DNA of 64,000 nt from Podarcis gaigeae. Its lineage: Eukaryota. Below, piece by piece: positions 12,875-25,362 of this stretch. Where the stretch lies: NCBI GenBank assembly GCA_964106915.2, contig OZ066916.1; one strand, given 5' to 3'. The notes beneath the pieces were generated by a model. The model saw only the letters and a list, made by a program, of their open reading frames with translations. It ran no database searches and was not told the origin of the DNA. Made by a program: the position numbers and the translations under genes. Numbering within the stretch: the stretch's first letter is position 1; the number at the start of each line of letters is the position of its first letter.

Positions 12875-12946
12875 TCAGGACTTCTCGGATGTTAAAACAG
12901 AGTCAAAGGCTGTTGACAGCACCTTACAAATAGCTTGAGCTTGTTC
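12875..12946 (-). CDS. ITGB1BP1: ITGB1BP1 (ICAP1) last coding exon
   Basis: [23 protein letters not shown] then TGA. Confidence 0.95.
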
Positions 12947-13942
12947 CTGCATTTTATAAACAGAAAGAGTTGCTCATACTTGTTTTCACGAACATGAAGA
13001 CGCATTCAGCCTCGAGCCCATCTCAAAGTTTCAGCGTTTCCCTTATAGCATGCATTGCTTTGATGACATTTCCTATCTTTAGCTAGGCTGCCAATGTGGT
13101 GCCATCCAGGTACTTGGAACTGCAACTCCCAGTAGCCCCAGCCAGCATGACCAATGGCGGAGGTAATTAGAGTTCCAGTCCACAACATCTGGAGGGCACC
13201 ATGTTGCCTATCCCTGATCTAAAGCATTCTATGTAGAGCAGTGGGGTCGGTCCAGAAATGTGACTTGCAAACAAGACTTGCTATTTTAGAAATTGCCAGC
13301 AGAAACGTATCATCAGAGTTTGATATTCCAGATAGGCTATTTGTTAACAGAGGGACAGCTCCTGCGTGTATACTGAGTTTCCCTTGTTTACCAAGCAGTT
13401 GCCAGTATAGGACTCCAGGGCATTTAAACTCAAAGCCTATCACCAAGTGATATTAGTGCAGTATTTGCTAGCATGCATATGGGCACTTGGAAAGCCAGGC
13501 TGGTGCATTTAAAGTTAATATATATGGCAGCGACAAAGCTATGAGAATAAAGGTTAGTGTTTGTTATGCTCTCCTAGTGGTTCAAATCTCCACTTGAAGC
13601 CCGGTGAACTGGTGATGCCACCCACCTTTAATTAATAAAGCTACAGATTTAATTAAGGGGGTACTTTATCCCACAAATCTGTAAGTAGCATCTGGGTAGA
13701 GTGATTGACAGGGAGAAAATAAATGTGCCAAAGAAGCATATGCAATTAATTTGAAATTACGGGACTGCCACTATCTTGTTCTAACATGGGCTCCTGCTCA
13801 TTTGCTACTTGCACTGTTTCTGCTACAGAAGGTTAGGGCTGTGGCAGGAACAAATGCACATGCAATTTAGAGTCGCTCTGACACTTGCACATATAGCGGT
13901 GCCTGGCCTATCTGGTCAGTGTGCCACAAATCATGTCTTAAG

Positions 13943-14277
13943 TAAAGGTAAAGGGACCCCTGACCATTAGGTCCAGTCACAGACTGCTCTGGGGTTGCAG
14001 CGCTCATCTCACTTTATTGGCCGAGGGAACTGGCGTACAGCTTCCGGGTCATGTAGCCAGCATGACTAAGCCACTGCTCTGGCAAACCAGAGCAGTGCAC
14101 GGAAACGCCGTTTACTTTCCCACCGGAGCAGTACCTATTTATCTACTTGCACTTTGACGTGCTTTCGAACTGCTAGGTTGGCAGGAGCAGGGACCAAGCA
14201 ATGGGAGCTCACCACGTCACAGGGATTCGAACAGCTGACCTTCTGATCGGTAAGTCCTAGGCTCTGTGGTATAACCC
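13943..14277 (-). mobile_element. Sauria SINE
   Basis: Reverse complement of the 1054 element; TAAAGGTAAAGG tail. Confidence 0.9.
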
Positions 14278-14423
14278 AATAGTACAAACCTATTTTGTCA
14301 TGTTTTGGTCCAGTACATGTAGCTAGACATAAGGCACAAGCATATGATAGCTCTTTGCATATTTTATGACTTATTGTCAACCTAGAATTATCCAGCAAGT
14401 GTTTTTTAAAGCATGAACCTTAC

Positions 14424-14573
14424 CATACTATTGCACTGGTATATCCAAAGGTTGTACTCTTCATAGTTCGTATCAGTTGTCTTTAAAGCCAGTAAACTCT
14501 TCCCTGCCCCAAGGCCGTCATCATAGCAGACCATCCGAACAATTAGGTAGAGCGCATGTCTATGCAAAACATC
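14424..14573 (-). CDS. ITGB1BP1: ITGB1BP1 coding exon 5 (PTB domain)
   Basis: [50 protein letters not shown]. Confidence 0.95.
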
Positions 14574-15184
14574 CTGAAAATGCCATGTGTTAATTTGTCA
14601 GTTTCTTATTGCTTGCAGCCAATGGGCATTACAATATAAATCACAAAAACAAAAAAGACAACCTAAGAGTAAATTAAAACATCAATTTTCAGAACTGCAA
14701 ATTACCAAAACTTAAAATTATGAAGTTTCCCAAATCTAGAAATTCCCTTGGCCATCACCCATAACTTTCTCTACCTCCTAGCACATATAAAGCTATTTTG
14801 TAGGTAGCAAAATTGTCTATATCAGCCAGAAACCATCTGCTTTTGAACGGATTGACTTTAAAAAAATCTGGAGTGAATACAGAAATCTGTTATTAAGTGA
14901 ACTGTGCAAAAGGCAATAAAGACTATAGTCAAGAATGTCTACAAAAAGATGGTAATGTGTGTCTAACAGGAAAAAGGTTATTACTGCAAAGAAACAGAAC
15001 TGTAATAGTTGGATTTAAATTTCAATACGCCAAACTCAGAACTTGGAATTCTTCGTATAATCAAAGTCCATTTTGGTATCTTCAGGAGAAAAAAAAATAC
15101 CACCACAATTATAGTCACAAATATTCTGAGATGGTATTACTGGAGAATTTGAATGAGGCATATTTAAAACCAGGAACAACTTAC

Positions 15185-15277
15185 ATACTGGTCCAAAGTT
15201 GTGACTTTAATACCATACTTGGAAACTCCCATAACAAATTCTTCTTCCCCTGGAACAAAGGGTAGCTTTCCATCTTG
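15185..15277 (-). CDS. ITGB1BP1: ITGB1BP1 coding exon 4
   Basis: [31 protein letters not shown]. Confidence 0.95.
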
Positions 15278-15825
15278 CTTTGGGGGAAAAACAAAAAGGA
15301 ATTATTGTAGGCAGATAAAGTTTGATGACAAAACAAGTCTCATACAACTTGTATGTTCTCATGTAAATAAATAAGCAGCAACAGCCTTCAAATAAGTCAA
15401 AAGAGTGACAATAGCTCCATGAAAGTTTATTGACAATGATAGATACTTTGCTACTTCATTTTACACCGCAGAAGCCAAGGTACTGCACACACGCTAAGTT
15501 TCTGAAGCAGAACAGAAATAAATGCTTTCTAGTGATTCAAAAACAAGCCAAAGTTTTCTGGAGCATATTCCTTTTTTTAACTCCCTTGCTCAGCTATTCT
15601 ATCTTGAGATCATCAGCCACAGCAAATGTTAGGTTATTGAAAACAGCCAATTTCCCAGCCTCCTAACCCCGCTTTCAATACCAGTGAGGAACAGTCATCT
15701 GGAACTCGGCAGAACTGGAAGCCAATTCTTAAAAATAAAGATGGCTTGAACTAAGATAATTTCCCCGGGCCACAGTTTCCCCATAAAAAGACCCAAGGGG
15801 TCATATAGCCAAAGTCAGTCTTTAC

Positions 15826-15962
15826 CTGTGCCACATCTATGTAGTTTATCAAGTCCAATGGTCCCTCCAAAGTCTTGCTTTCATCAAGCTTCAGTTTTTC
15901 AATGGCACCGACATATTTTACTCTAAATTCTGCACAAGTATCTGAGTTGCTATTGCTCTGGC
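15826..15962 (-). CDS. ITGB1BP1: ITGB1BP1 coding exon 3
   Basis: [46 protein letters not shown]. Confidence 0.95.
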
Positions 15963-16681
15963 CTATAAAGAAGCAGACATTTAAACCATTACTCCATCGT
16001 TTTATCAATTGGCAAACTTATTGGGCATTCCACCATTAAAATTGACTCAGGGTAGTATTTATCTAAATAACTGCAACTGGAATTACTTCTGTTGTGCAAC
16101 AGTGGTCTCCATACCGCCCCCCCTTGCACTGAGAAAGCCCCAGGACGGATTTGGGGAGCACATGGGGGGAGGATGGGGAAAAAATGTGAGGACAAAATGT
16201 TGAATTGTGTCCCTTTTCTTAAAAAGAAAGAAAGAGAAGTGTCACCTAAAAGTGATTTGTTGTTTTCCCCGGGCTTATTCCAACCACATTAAAATATCTT
16301 GCAAGAAAGCAGAACGGAATCAGTGGGGATGACTTAAATTTCTTATATTGGGGTACCAGAGGTTTCTGCAAATACAGAGCATAAAACCAAGTGTGTTTGT
16401 ATGCTTTGGATACATGGAAGCATAATGAAACCTCAGAACATGGTACGACCACAACATTACACCAAATGTAAGCTTGAAAATAGGAACACTTTCTAGTGAA
16501 ATTTCAAAAGGCAGAGGAGCTGCCCAGTAAAGTTTCCATCCTGAACAAAACAGGATTCTGAAGTCCTGTCTAGCTGTTTGCCTATCCATAGAACTACCAG
16601 ATACAGAGGAAATTATACAAAGTAGTAAAGGCAGCAGATCTATACAAAAAGACAACAAATCACACAGATTGACATAATATA

Positions 16682-17736
16682 CCGTATTTTTCGTCCGTAT
16701 TTCCCCCCCAAAAGCAGGTCGGGGAAACCAAACCAGGTCGAGGAAGGGCGCTGCACCTCCCTGAGCTTGTGGGGCTGGCCGATGTCTGCCTCAGACGGCA
16801 GGCTGCTATCCGCAGCGTGGGGAGCCCTGCGGGGAACCCCTGCAGGGCTCCCCACACTGCGGATGTCTGTCCGGCGCGCGGGGCGCTCTGCTTCAGGGTG
16901 CTCCGCCCGCCTGGCGGCAGGCTGCTATCCGCAGCGTGGGGAGCCCTGCGGGGAACCCCTGCAGGGTTCCCCACGCTGCGGATGTCTGTCCGGCGCGCGG
17001 GGCGCTCTGCTTCAGGGCGCCCCACCCGCCGGGTGGCAGGCTGCTATCTGCAGCGTGGGGAGCCCTGCGGGGAACCCCTGCAGGGTTCCCCACGCTGCGG
17101 ATGTCTGTCCGGCGCGCGGGGCGCTCTGCTTCAGGGCGCTCCGCCCGCCCGGCGGCAGGCTGCTATCCGCAGCGTGGGGAGCCCTCCGGGGAACCCCTGC
17201 AGGGCTCCCCACGCTGTGGATGTCTGTCCGGCGCGCGGGGCGCTCTGCTTCAGGGCGCCCGACGCTCCGGGAAGCAGGCTGCTATCCGCAGCCTAGACAT
17301 CCCTGCCGGACCTCCTGCAGGGCTGCCCGGGCTGCGGATGTGCTCCCGAAGCGCCGGGCGCTCTGCTTTCAGGGCGCCCGACGCTCCAGGAAGCAGGCTG
17401 CTATCCGCAGCCTAGACATCCCTGCCGGACCTCCTGCAGGGCTGCCCGGGCTGCGGATGTGCTCCCGAAGCGCCGGGCGCTCTGCTTTCAGGGCGCCCGA
17501 CGCTCCAGGAAGCAGGCTGCTATCCGCAGCCTAGACAGCCCTGCCTGACCTCCTGCAGGGTTGCCCAGGCTGCGGATGTCTTCCTGAAGCCTGGAGAGCG
17601 AGAGGGGTCGGTGCGCACCCACCCCTCTCGCTCTCCAAGCTTCAGCGAAAGCCTGAATTCGCCCCATAGGACGCACCCAGATTTCCCCTTCATTTTTGGA
17701 GGGGGAAAAGTGTGTCTTATGGGGCGAAAAATACGG
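16682..17736. mobile_element. TA-flanked MITE (CCGTATTTTTCG TIR family) carrying an internal minisatellite
   Basis: TA|CCGTATTTTTCG...CGAAAAATACGG|TA; right end homologous to the 38901 element. Confidence 0.8.
16780..17590. repeat. 119-bp GC-rich tandem repeat, about 7 units, two subtypes
   Basis: GCTGCTATC recurs at 16802, 16921, 17040, 17159, 17278, 17397 and 17516. Confidence 0.95.
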
Positions 17737-17966
17737 TAAAAATGTGATACATATACTGCAAAGGTGTATATTACATAATTTTATTTGTATATGCACAGAT
17801 GTAATAATTTGTAAGTAACGGCAGACTCAGCGTTGTTTTCTGCTTAAAAAATTAGTAAAGTTCTGTGTCAGCATGTTCACATTTCTAGATACAGCTCCAA
17901 TTAGTTATGAAACTCATCTATTCTGACAAATAACAGGATGTCTTTAGGCCATCATCAATTTCCTAC

Positions 17967-18045
17967 CTGAACTTTTTGTTGAGTCTGTATCTAGACTAGC
18001 CACAGTACTAGATCGTGAAAGCCCACCAAGACTGGAATCCACTGA
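17967..18045 (-). CDS. ITGB1BP1: ITGB1BP1 coding exon 2
   Basis: [26 protein letters not shown]. Confidence 0.95.
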
Positions 18046-18709
18046 CTAGATAAGGAAGAATACATATGAAAGCGTTATATGTGTGCTTTCTTATAAACTC
18101 ATGAATTAAAGGCATGAATTAAACCACAAGCATGATTAATGAAGGCTTATTCCCATAACAATAAACCATAGTTTGTTACATCCAAATGCAGCCATGGAAT
18201 AACACATCACATTGCAGTACAACATCCACCAACAATAAGAACACTTTAAATTCCTTCATTCTCTCTATTCCACAAGCTAAGCAGTATTTCATCATTTACT
18301 ATTCACTTTCAGTGGCTGCATCTATGCTTATAGGACTTAAGATAACTGTAGGAGTTATTTTTCTTAGTCATAATGATACAAAATATGTGCAATTTTTAAT
18401 TTAGCTGGTTGACTTTAGTAACATCAATTATTCTCATTCTGAATGCCAAGTCTGCATGAAGAAATAGCAAGTATAACAAAAAGGATAACATTTTTGTATA
18501 ACATTTTTGTAAATGTAGATTCATCCCTAACTCTAGATATCTTTAGGATATCTGAATGTACCATCTAGAAGATGCCAAACTTCCACAATGTCATACAAGG
18601 GATAACAGAAGGGGGAAATATTCTGAATTTAGTTAGACATTCCACTGACTGATATGAATATATTTTAAAATTTGTCAATTTTCAAGGAGGCATACCCAAA
18701 TTTGCTTAC

Positions 18710-18781
18710 CTTACTTTTGGTACTGATTTCACTGCTTTGTGAACTGCTGCTACTATGCCGCTTTTTTCCTTTTCTGAACAT
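18710..18781 (-). CDS. ITGB1BP1: ITGB1BP1 first coding exon (exon extends as 5'UTR to 18811)
   Basis: MFRKGKKRHSSSSSQSSEISTKSK; the six exons sum to 603 nt = 200 aa plus stop. Confidence 0.95.
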
Positions 18782-19832
18782 TTTTTAATTGACATAGAAT
18801 CAGCGAGAATACTGTAAAGAAAAGAGAGTCCTGTTTGCCACCCCATTATAACTCCAATTCTACATACACATAAACACCTCATAGATGCATATTTACATTT
18901 GTTATGGAGGTTCAAATTTGCCAGTTAAAAGGCAGAGTCAAGCAACTGTCATTAAATGACTGTCAAGCTGTGGTTTCCACAATGCCAAGTTTAAAACTGA
19001 AAAACAAAATATATGTTTAATGGATTGTGATCTCTGCTTATTAGTAATGAATATATATATCTCCAAACACAAACAAAGGTTCTTCAAAATATTATAAAAG
19101 CCGCTGTTTACTGTCACTACTCCAATGTTAACAGTATGAATGCTTGTAGAACCATGCTTTCCTTTAAAATTGTGTACATTTCGAGGGATGCTAACAAATT
19201 TCCTATTTCTACAGACTTTCCTAGAAGGACAAGCTGACACACTAGCAATACTTGGTATCTCTTTATCTGTTTTATTTATCGTCATTTTATTGCTATTGTA
19301 CATCACCATGACATTTTCTATGGTTTAACAGTTTGTAAATATTCCAAATACGTAATATTTAACATGCAGGTTTACACAGATTTTTTTGTTGAAACCCATT
19401 TCTCCACTAAAAGTACAATTAATGGAGGAAGGTGTTCTGAAAAACTAGAGTGCTGTCTGTACTGGTCTTGACGTTACCTGCAGTGTGGAAGGAATGAGCC
19501 TGGCTCGTTTCAGAACTGAATTTTTCTCCACATGATTTCAGGAGAGGGATGCCTCCCCTTTCTCCCTTCTCCTTTTCTTTATGCCAGCAACAGCGGACAT
19601 CGCAGGCAGAAATACAGCAAATGAAGCTTCTCCGCCTCACTACATTACCACAGCAAAAAAAGCCGCCGCTGCTGCAGTCACTGCAAATCCTGCCAAAAGG
19701 AAAGGAAACAAAAACCAACAGCTTGGTCACTGTTAACAACAACATCATTTCCACTGCCTGGAGTTTTCTGCATTTTGTTTCTCTCTGACCTCGCTCCTTA
19801 CAATCCTCTTTCACTCGCCACCTTTGAATATA

Positions 19833-20050
19833 CAGCGGTACCTCGGGTGAAGAACTTAATTCGTTCTGGAGGTCCGTTCTTAACCTGAAACTGTTCTTAA
19901 TCTGAGGTACCACTTTAGCTAATGGGGCCTCCCGCTGCCGCTACACCACAATTTCTGTTCTCATCCTGAAGCAAAGTTCTTGACTTGAGGTACTACTTCT
20001 GGGTTGGCAGAGTCTGTAACCTGAAGCGTATGTAACCCGAGGTACCACTG
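19833..20050. mobile_element. Tc1/mariner-type MITE
   Basis: TIRs CAGCGGTACCTCGGGT / ACCCGAGGTACCACTG. Confidence 0.8.
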
Positions 20051-20279
20051 CACTTCGTGGATCCGGCAATGTGGATTCCATTCCATGAAACTTTATATTA
20101 CCTAAATAAGTCGGTCAGCCTTTTCAGGAGCCACAAGACACTTCGTTGGCTTTGCTGCCAGAGACTGACCCAGTTACCCTGCTCTTAGCAGAACTGAAAG
20201 GGCACCAGGAGCATCACCCCCTACTTGACCCAAAAAGGACCCCTACCTTTCATTCCCACCACAATGAAATACTCTGCAC

Positions 20280-20720
20280 AAGGAAGCCCCTCCCCGTTCT
20301 GCTTCCGGGTAGCAACCGTCGCGTCGGAGAACTTCGGCTCTGTTTGCCTCTTCCGCTCTAGGACTTTTCGAAGCCTATGCTTTTTAGCGCAAAGACTCTA
20401 TGGTGCGGAAGTGATGGAGAGGGAACGCTCACTTTCCGGCTGCGCGAGCGAGGCTGTGGACGAAGTACAGGTGCCGGCGAGGGCCAAGCCGAGAGGGCGC
20501 GCCGTGCCTCTTCCTCGCGGAGATGGCGGCGAGGAGAAGGACCGAGGCGTTCATCCCCGCCGAGGAGAGCGACCAGCTGTTGATTCGGCCCCTGTGAGTG
20601 GCTGGGACGGTCTCGCGCCGCCGCGGCCTTCGGCTGACCAACCGCCCTTGCTGCGCGCATGCGCACTCTTTCGCTCTGCCTCCTCGCGCGCAGAGGGCTT
20701 AAAGGGCTCCCGTGTCTGTC
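20280..20720. promoter_or_regulatory. CpG-island bidirectional promoter for ITGB1BP1 (-) and CPSF3 (+)
   Basis: CpG-rich; several ETS/GABP-like CGGAA motifs at 20300-20440, YY1-like AGATGGCGGC over the CPSF3 ATG, NRF1 GCGCATGCGC at 20655. Confidence 0.85.
20523..20593 (+). CDS. CPSF3: CPSF3 (CPSF73 pre-mRNA 3' endonuclease) exon 1
   Basis: MAARRRTEAFIPAEESDQLLIRP(L)|gtgagt. Confidence 0.93.
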
Positions 20721-20870
20721 TCTGGAAACCCTCACGAAAGCATTTCTCTCATATATATAGAGGGGGAGGGAGGGAGGAGAAGGATATCTTCAAACCTGGG
20801 CTGTGAACCAATAATTGCCTAACAGTATCATGTTCTGGATCAATAAAACCTCTGAGAGTATCTATATCTA

Positions 20871-21220
20871 TAAAGGTAAAGGGACCCTGGCCATTAGGTC
20901 CAGTCGTGACCGACTCTGGAGTTGCGGTGCTCATCTCGCTTTACTGGCCGAGGGAGCCGGTGTACAGCTTCCAGGTCATGTGGCCAGCATGAATAAGCCG
21001 CTTCTGGCAAACCAGAGCAGTGCACAGAAACGCCGTTTACTTTCCCGCCAGAGCGGTACCTATTTATCTACTTGACTTTGACGTGCTTTCAAACTGCTAG
21101 GTTGGCAGGAGCAGGGACCGAGCAACGGGAGCTCACCCCGTCACGGGGATTCGAACCACTGACCTTCTGATTGGCAAGTCCTAGGCTCTGTGGTTTAACC
21201 CACAGCGCCACCCGCGTCCC
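20871..21220 (-). mobile_element. Sauria SINE, full length
   Basis: Reverse copy with 11-bp TSD TATCTATATCT. Confidence 0.9.
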
Positions 21221-21234
21221 TATCTATATCTGTA

Positions 21235-21750
21235 TGCAAATCAGGAAGATTTTGGGCATCACACGGCGGGAGAGATCTCAAACAAAGACGTTCCCAGCGT
21301 GTTCACACTCCTGTCTCAGCGACGCTGGCTTGGTCGTGTCCACAGAATGGAAGATGGCAGGATCTCCAAGGACAGTGCTCTGCAGGGAGCTGGCTTCAGG
21401 CACCAGACCAACTCTTCATTACAAAGATGTCTGCAAGCGAGACATGAGGAAGGCTGGCAACATCAACCCTTGCAGATGACTGCAGTCCCTGGAGACAAGA
21501 CAGACAAGTTGTGTGTCTACAGTAGCAACCAGAGGAGGAAGGCAGACATACAGAGAGAAGAAACACCATGGTGCATCTACAGCAGCATAACCAAATGCTT
21601 ATATCTGCCCCAGCTGCAGCAAAACATGTCTGTCCTATTTAGTGTATTGGTCTCTACAGCCACAACAAGCTCTGTAACTCTCCAATGGTTTGACTTCACT
21701 CTCAAAGGCACACTCCTCCATTGCCTCTCAAGACAGATGCCAGCCACAGA
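21235..21750 (+). mobile_element. Degenerate RTE-clade LINE 3' fragment
   Basis: Frameshifted peptides LLSQRRWLGRVHRMEDGRISKD and LHYKDVCKRDM, typical of the RTE ORF C-terminus. Confidence 0.75.
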
Positions 21751-21756
21751 CATATA

Positions 21757-21966
21757 CAGTGGTACCCCAGGTTACAGACTCTCCCAACCCAGAAGTAGTA
21801 CCTTGGGTTAAGAACTTTGCTTCAGGATGAGAACAGAAATCGTGCTCCAGCGGCACGGCAGCAGCAGGAGGCCCCATTAGCTAAAGTGGTGCTTCAGGTT
21901 AAGAACAGTTTGAGGTTAAGAACGGACCTCCAGAACGAATTAAGTTCTTAATCCGAGGTACCACTG
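21757..21966. mobile_element. Tc1/mariner-type MITE (opposite orientation to the 19833 copy)
   Basis: TA TSDs, CAGTGGTACC TIRs. Confidence 0.8.
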
Positions 21967-24502
21967 TACATACTTAATCCTATCTATATATACACACACA
22001 TAGGGGTTTTATTTATCCCAAACATGATGTTGTTAAGCAATTATTGGTTCACAGTCCAGGGTTCAAGCTTTATGGGGGATCGTGGTTAGAGTCAGGAGAT
22101 GGTCCCTTGATTGTTTGGATTCTCTCTGTGGTGTTGAAGGAGATACTCTGTCAAGCTTTGGATAGGGGACAGATGTGTTAAGTGGATGAAGCAGCACTTT
22201 TAGAGATGGCAGAGAGCTATGAGTTGGTTGAGAGCCCACATTGAGCGGGCAGGAACTCTATGGGGATCTGATGTGGGGTAACTGGCCTTCTCCCTAGTAG
22301 CAGTTGCCTGCCTTGTCCCTGCAGTTGTTGTCAGTTTGCATTTTTGTAAATAAAGACAATAATACAAAGTCTGTCAGCTTCCAGTGGTCTCTTAGAGGAA
22401 GTAAACTCAGTGCTACTAGAATTTCTCCCCCATTCATATATTCTGCATTTGTGTCTTCTGGCAAATGCTTCATGAGACAAGGTGTCAATAGGAATTTGTG
22501 TTTTCTTTCATTCATAGCAATGAGAATCCTTTCAGGCTGTCAGGTATTATTTTGGAAGCCTGTCGTCAGAAATGTTGTGGAGATGGCAGAGCAAAATGCT
22601 GAGTCACATGCTGCTGCTATGTTTTACTGTTATGATTGGACATGAGACATGCCCCCACAGGTCCAGTCCCCCCTACTGCAGGGCTATGTGTATCTCTCAT
22701 CTTATTAATTGCTGAGTCACCACCATTTTGTGGGTTTGGTAGATCTAGTGATTCATTTCCCAGTAGATCCTTCTTCTCTAAGTTGTTAGGAAGTAGGCTA
22801 GTATACTTTTATTTGTAAGTTGCTACAATAACTGTTGGCCCTCAGTCTGAAACAGCCTGAAAGGTTTTCAAAGCACTCTGTTGATAGAACTAGTTTATAC
22901 ATTACTACATAGAATCTATTCTTGACCTTACCCTGCAAGGCTCGCATTTACTCTATGAAGTCAAGCAGCCTTTCTTTTCTCACTAACTTTCTAATTTATC
23001 CTTATACGCCTCAGCAGCTTGTACAATTTTTGGCCATTATCATAGAAACTTTCATTCTAGCTGGCTAAGCGAAATGGATAAAGCATCATTGCTTTCATGA
23101 CAGGATTACCTTATCATCTTTTGTCTAGACAAGGCCTTAGCTTCAACAGCTCATGGGAAGCTCATGCTTAATTTTTAATCCATCATCTCCCTTAATAATT
23201 TCTCTTTCACTGTTTTTCAACAAGGAGCCCTTTATCTTTTAAAGGTGACCTACAATCCTTGTTTCTAGACATATGACCTTTCATTCAACTATAATAATTT
23301 AATGTCTGAATGAGCCTGTTTCACTGTGATCCTGGATTTGTTTAATCATCTCTGCTACTTTATTTACACCATAGACATGCATGAAGCTAGAATAAAAATT
23401 GTGACTTGTTTACTTTAAATACCACATTCTGTAGCTGGATTCTAAATAACCATTTTCCTAGTTCCCTGGATATGCTGCAGGCAACCAGGCAGGCAACCAG
23501 GCAGGAGGTGTGTTAGTTCTTTTGCTTTAGGACTCAGCAGAAGCAAAAAATGACTAGGCTTAGAGTGTATGGACAGGTGTCCTTGTGAAATTCGTTTTAG
23601 ACTAGCTGACCCCTGTAGCCATATTTGCAACTCGTGTTTTGTTCCATTTTACTTTCTGCAAAATCTCTAGAAATCTGTGGAGCAAGAAATGAAAGTCATT
23701 TCTCCCAAATTATCTTGAATCTGATGAGCTATAGAAGGAATAATTGTTGAGTTGATTTAAATGATCAACTACGTCTTTTACTATAATTGAGTTCATTACA
23801 GAATGTAGTATGCCTTTATATCCAAATGTGCACTTACTAACTAGGGCTGCAGTCTTCACTTATCTCAGAGTTACCTCCACTGAGTTCAGTAGGATTTATT
23901 CTGGTTAGGACTGTGCTGTTGTAAAGCATGGCTTTCAAGAGGTTTCAGTTCACATTTCACATTATTGCCTATTTTGGTTCCTCTCTTTGAAAATGGGTGC
24001 AGATGTTGAACTGGGTTCCTAGTTGAAATTCACAATATGAATGAACCTGGGCAAGCCTTGGACTTGCATGCTCTCTCATCTTAGTTGTGAGGAGGTGATT
24101 AGAATCTTTTGCTTCAGTTGTTAACTGTTTTTAATGTTATGCCCAACCATGTATAAACTGTGGTTAGTCATGTATACAAGTTACTCAGAAGTTATTTCAA
24201 AATGTGGGCTAAATAGTAGGCTTGATTGAAGGAACAATAGTTCAAGATTAGCTGCAGTTTAGGGTTCAGATGTATTGTTAAAAACAAACATGAAAGCTTC
24301 CATTCTCCTTGGGGAGCACATTAGCCCGAGGCTTGCCCAGGGCTGTTCACATAATGCTAAACCATAGTTTAGCATTACATCCAAATCAGGCCATGGAATT
24401 AAACCAAATACATCACTTTGCTTGGACAGTTAGATATAGTTGTTTTTATATCAGTGGGTTGTTGATTGTTTTTTGTAATTTGTCACAATTTTCTTTTCAC
24501 AG

Positions 24503-24566
24503 AGGTGCAGGGCAGGAAGTAGGAAGATCATGCATTATTCTGGAATTTAAAGGAAGGAAGATAATG
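24503..24566 (+). CDS. CPSF3: CPSF3 exon 2
   Basis: GAGQEVGRSCIILEFKGRKIM. Confidence 0.96.
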
Positions 24567-25263
24567 GTAATCATTGATCTAAGTTATTTATTAACGTTTT
24601 GTCACAGTAGACACATCTTTGACAGTAAATATTCAAAGCATTCTACCACTGCAAACGTCTTAAGGATTCCCTTCTTTCATATGAGACTCTTCTGGCTCTC
24701 TCCTTTTATCGTTTCACACACACAGCCCACACAAACACTATCTGAACTTTGATGAGTTGGGATAGACACGGGACATTTTCATTTTCAGTGTCCAGACTGA
24801 GGAAAGCCCTCCCCAGAAGTTTTGTAGGGCTACCACATTGCTCACTTTTCAGCAGTGGCATAACGTTGATTGCCAACATCTGGGGTTGTGCTGGGCGGGG
24901 GTTGCCAGGCTAGCCCTCACCGCCGACACTGTCAGAGTGACAGTGCAGGGATGCATTGAGCTGACATGGAAACTTCCTGTGTAATTACACCTAGCCATGT
25001 GATGAGAGGATTTCCAGAGTTGTGTTCCTTTTATGGAGCATTGCCAACAGTGCTGGTCACTCCCCCACCCATTTCCTTCAAATGAGAGGATAAACATTTG
25101 GGTTACACCTAAGATCATATGCTTTTAAACATTTGAAATATCAAGATGCAACATAAACTTTACTGTTTTGATGTTAAAGAGCAATCATCAGTGTATAAGT
25201 ATGTGTTAATACCATATGCCAGTTGTTTGTAGAAATCCAGTTATTGGTCATCTTTTTTTTTAG

Positions 25264-25362
<99 letters not shown>

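Noticed and set aside
16780-17590. CRISPR-like or 5S rRNA array (119-bp period, palindromic units)
   Set aside because: Units are contiguous near-identical repeats without unique spacers, there are no cas genes, the context is a vertebrate intron, and there is no 5S rRNA sequence or internal control region
16640-17796. Multiple 60-255 aa ORFs on both strands
   Set aside because: By-product of a stop-poor GC-rich tandem repeat whose unit length is not a multiple of 3
20523-20552. CPSF3 basic N-terminal extension MAARRRTEAF as a novelty
   Set aside because: From recall, non-mammalian vertebrates have a similar extension, so it is probably ancestral
20146-20806. Overlapping ORFs in the bidirectional promoter
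   Set aside because: CpG-island composition explains them; the true CPSF3 exon 1 is in another frame
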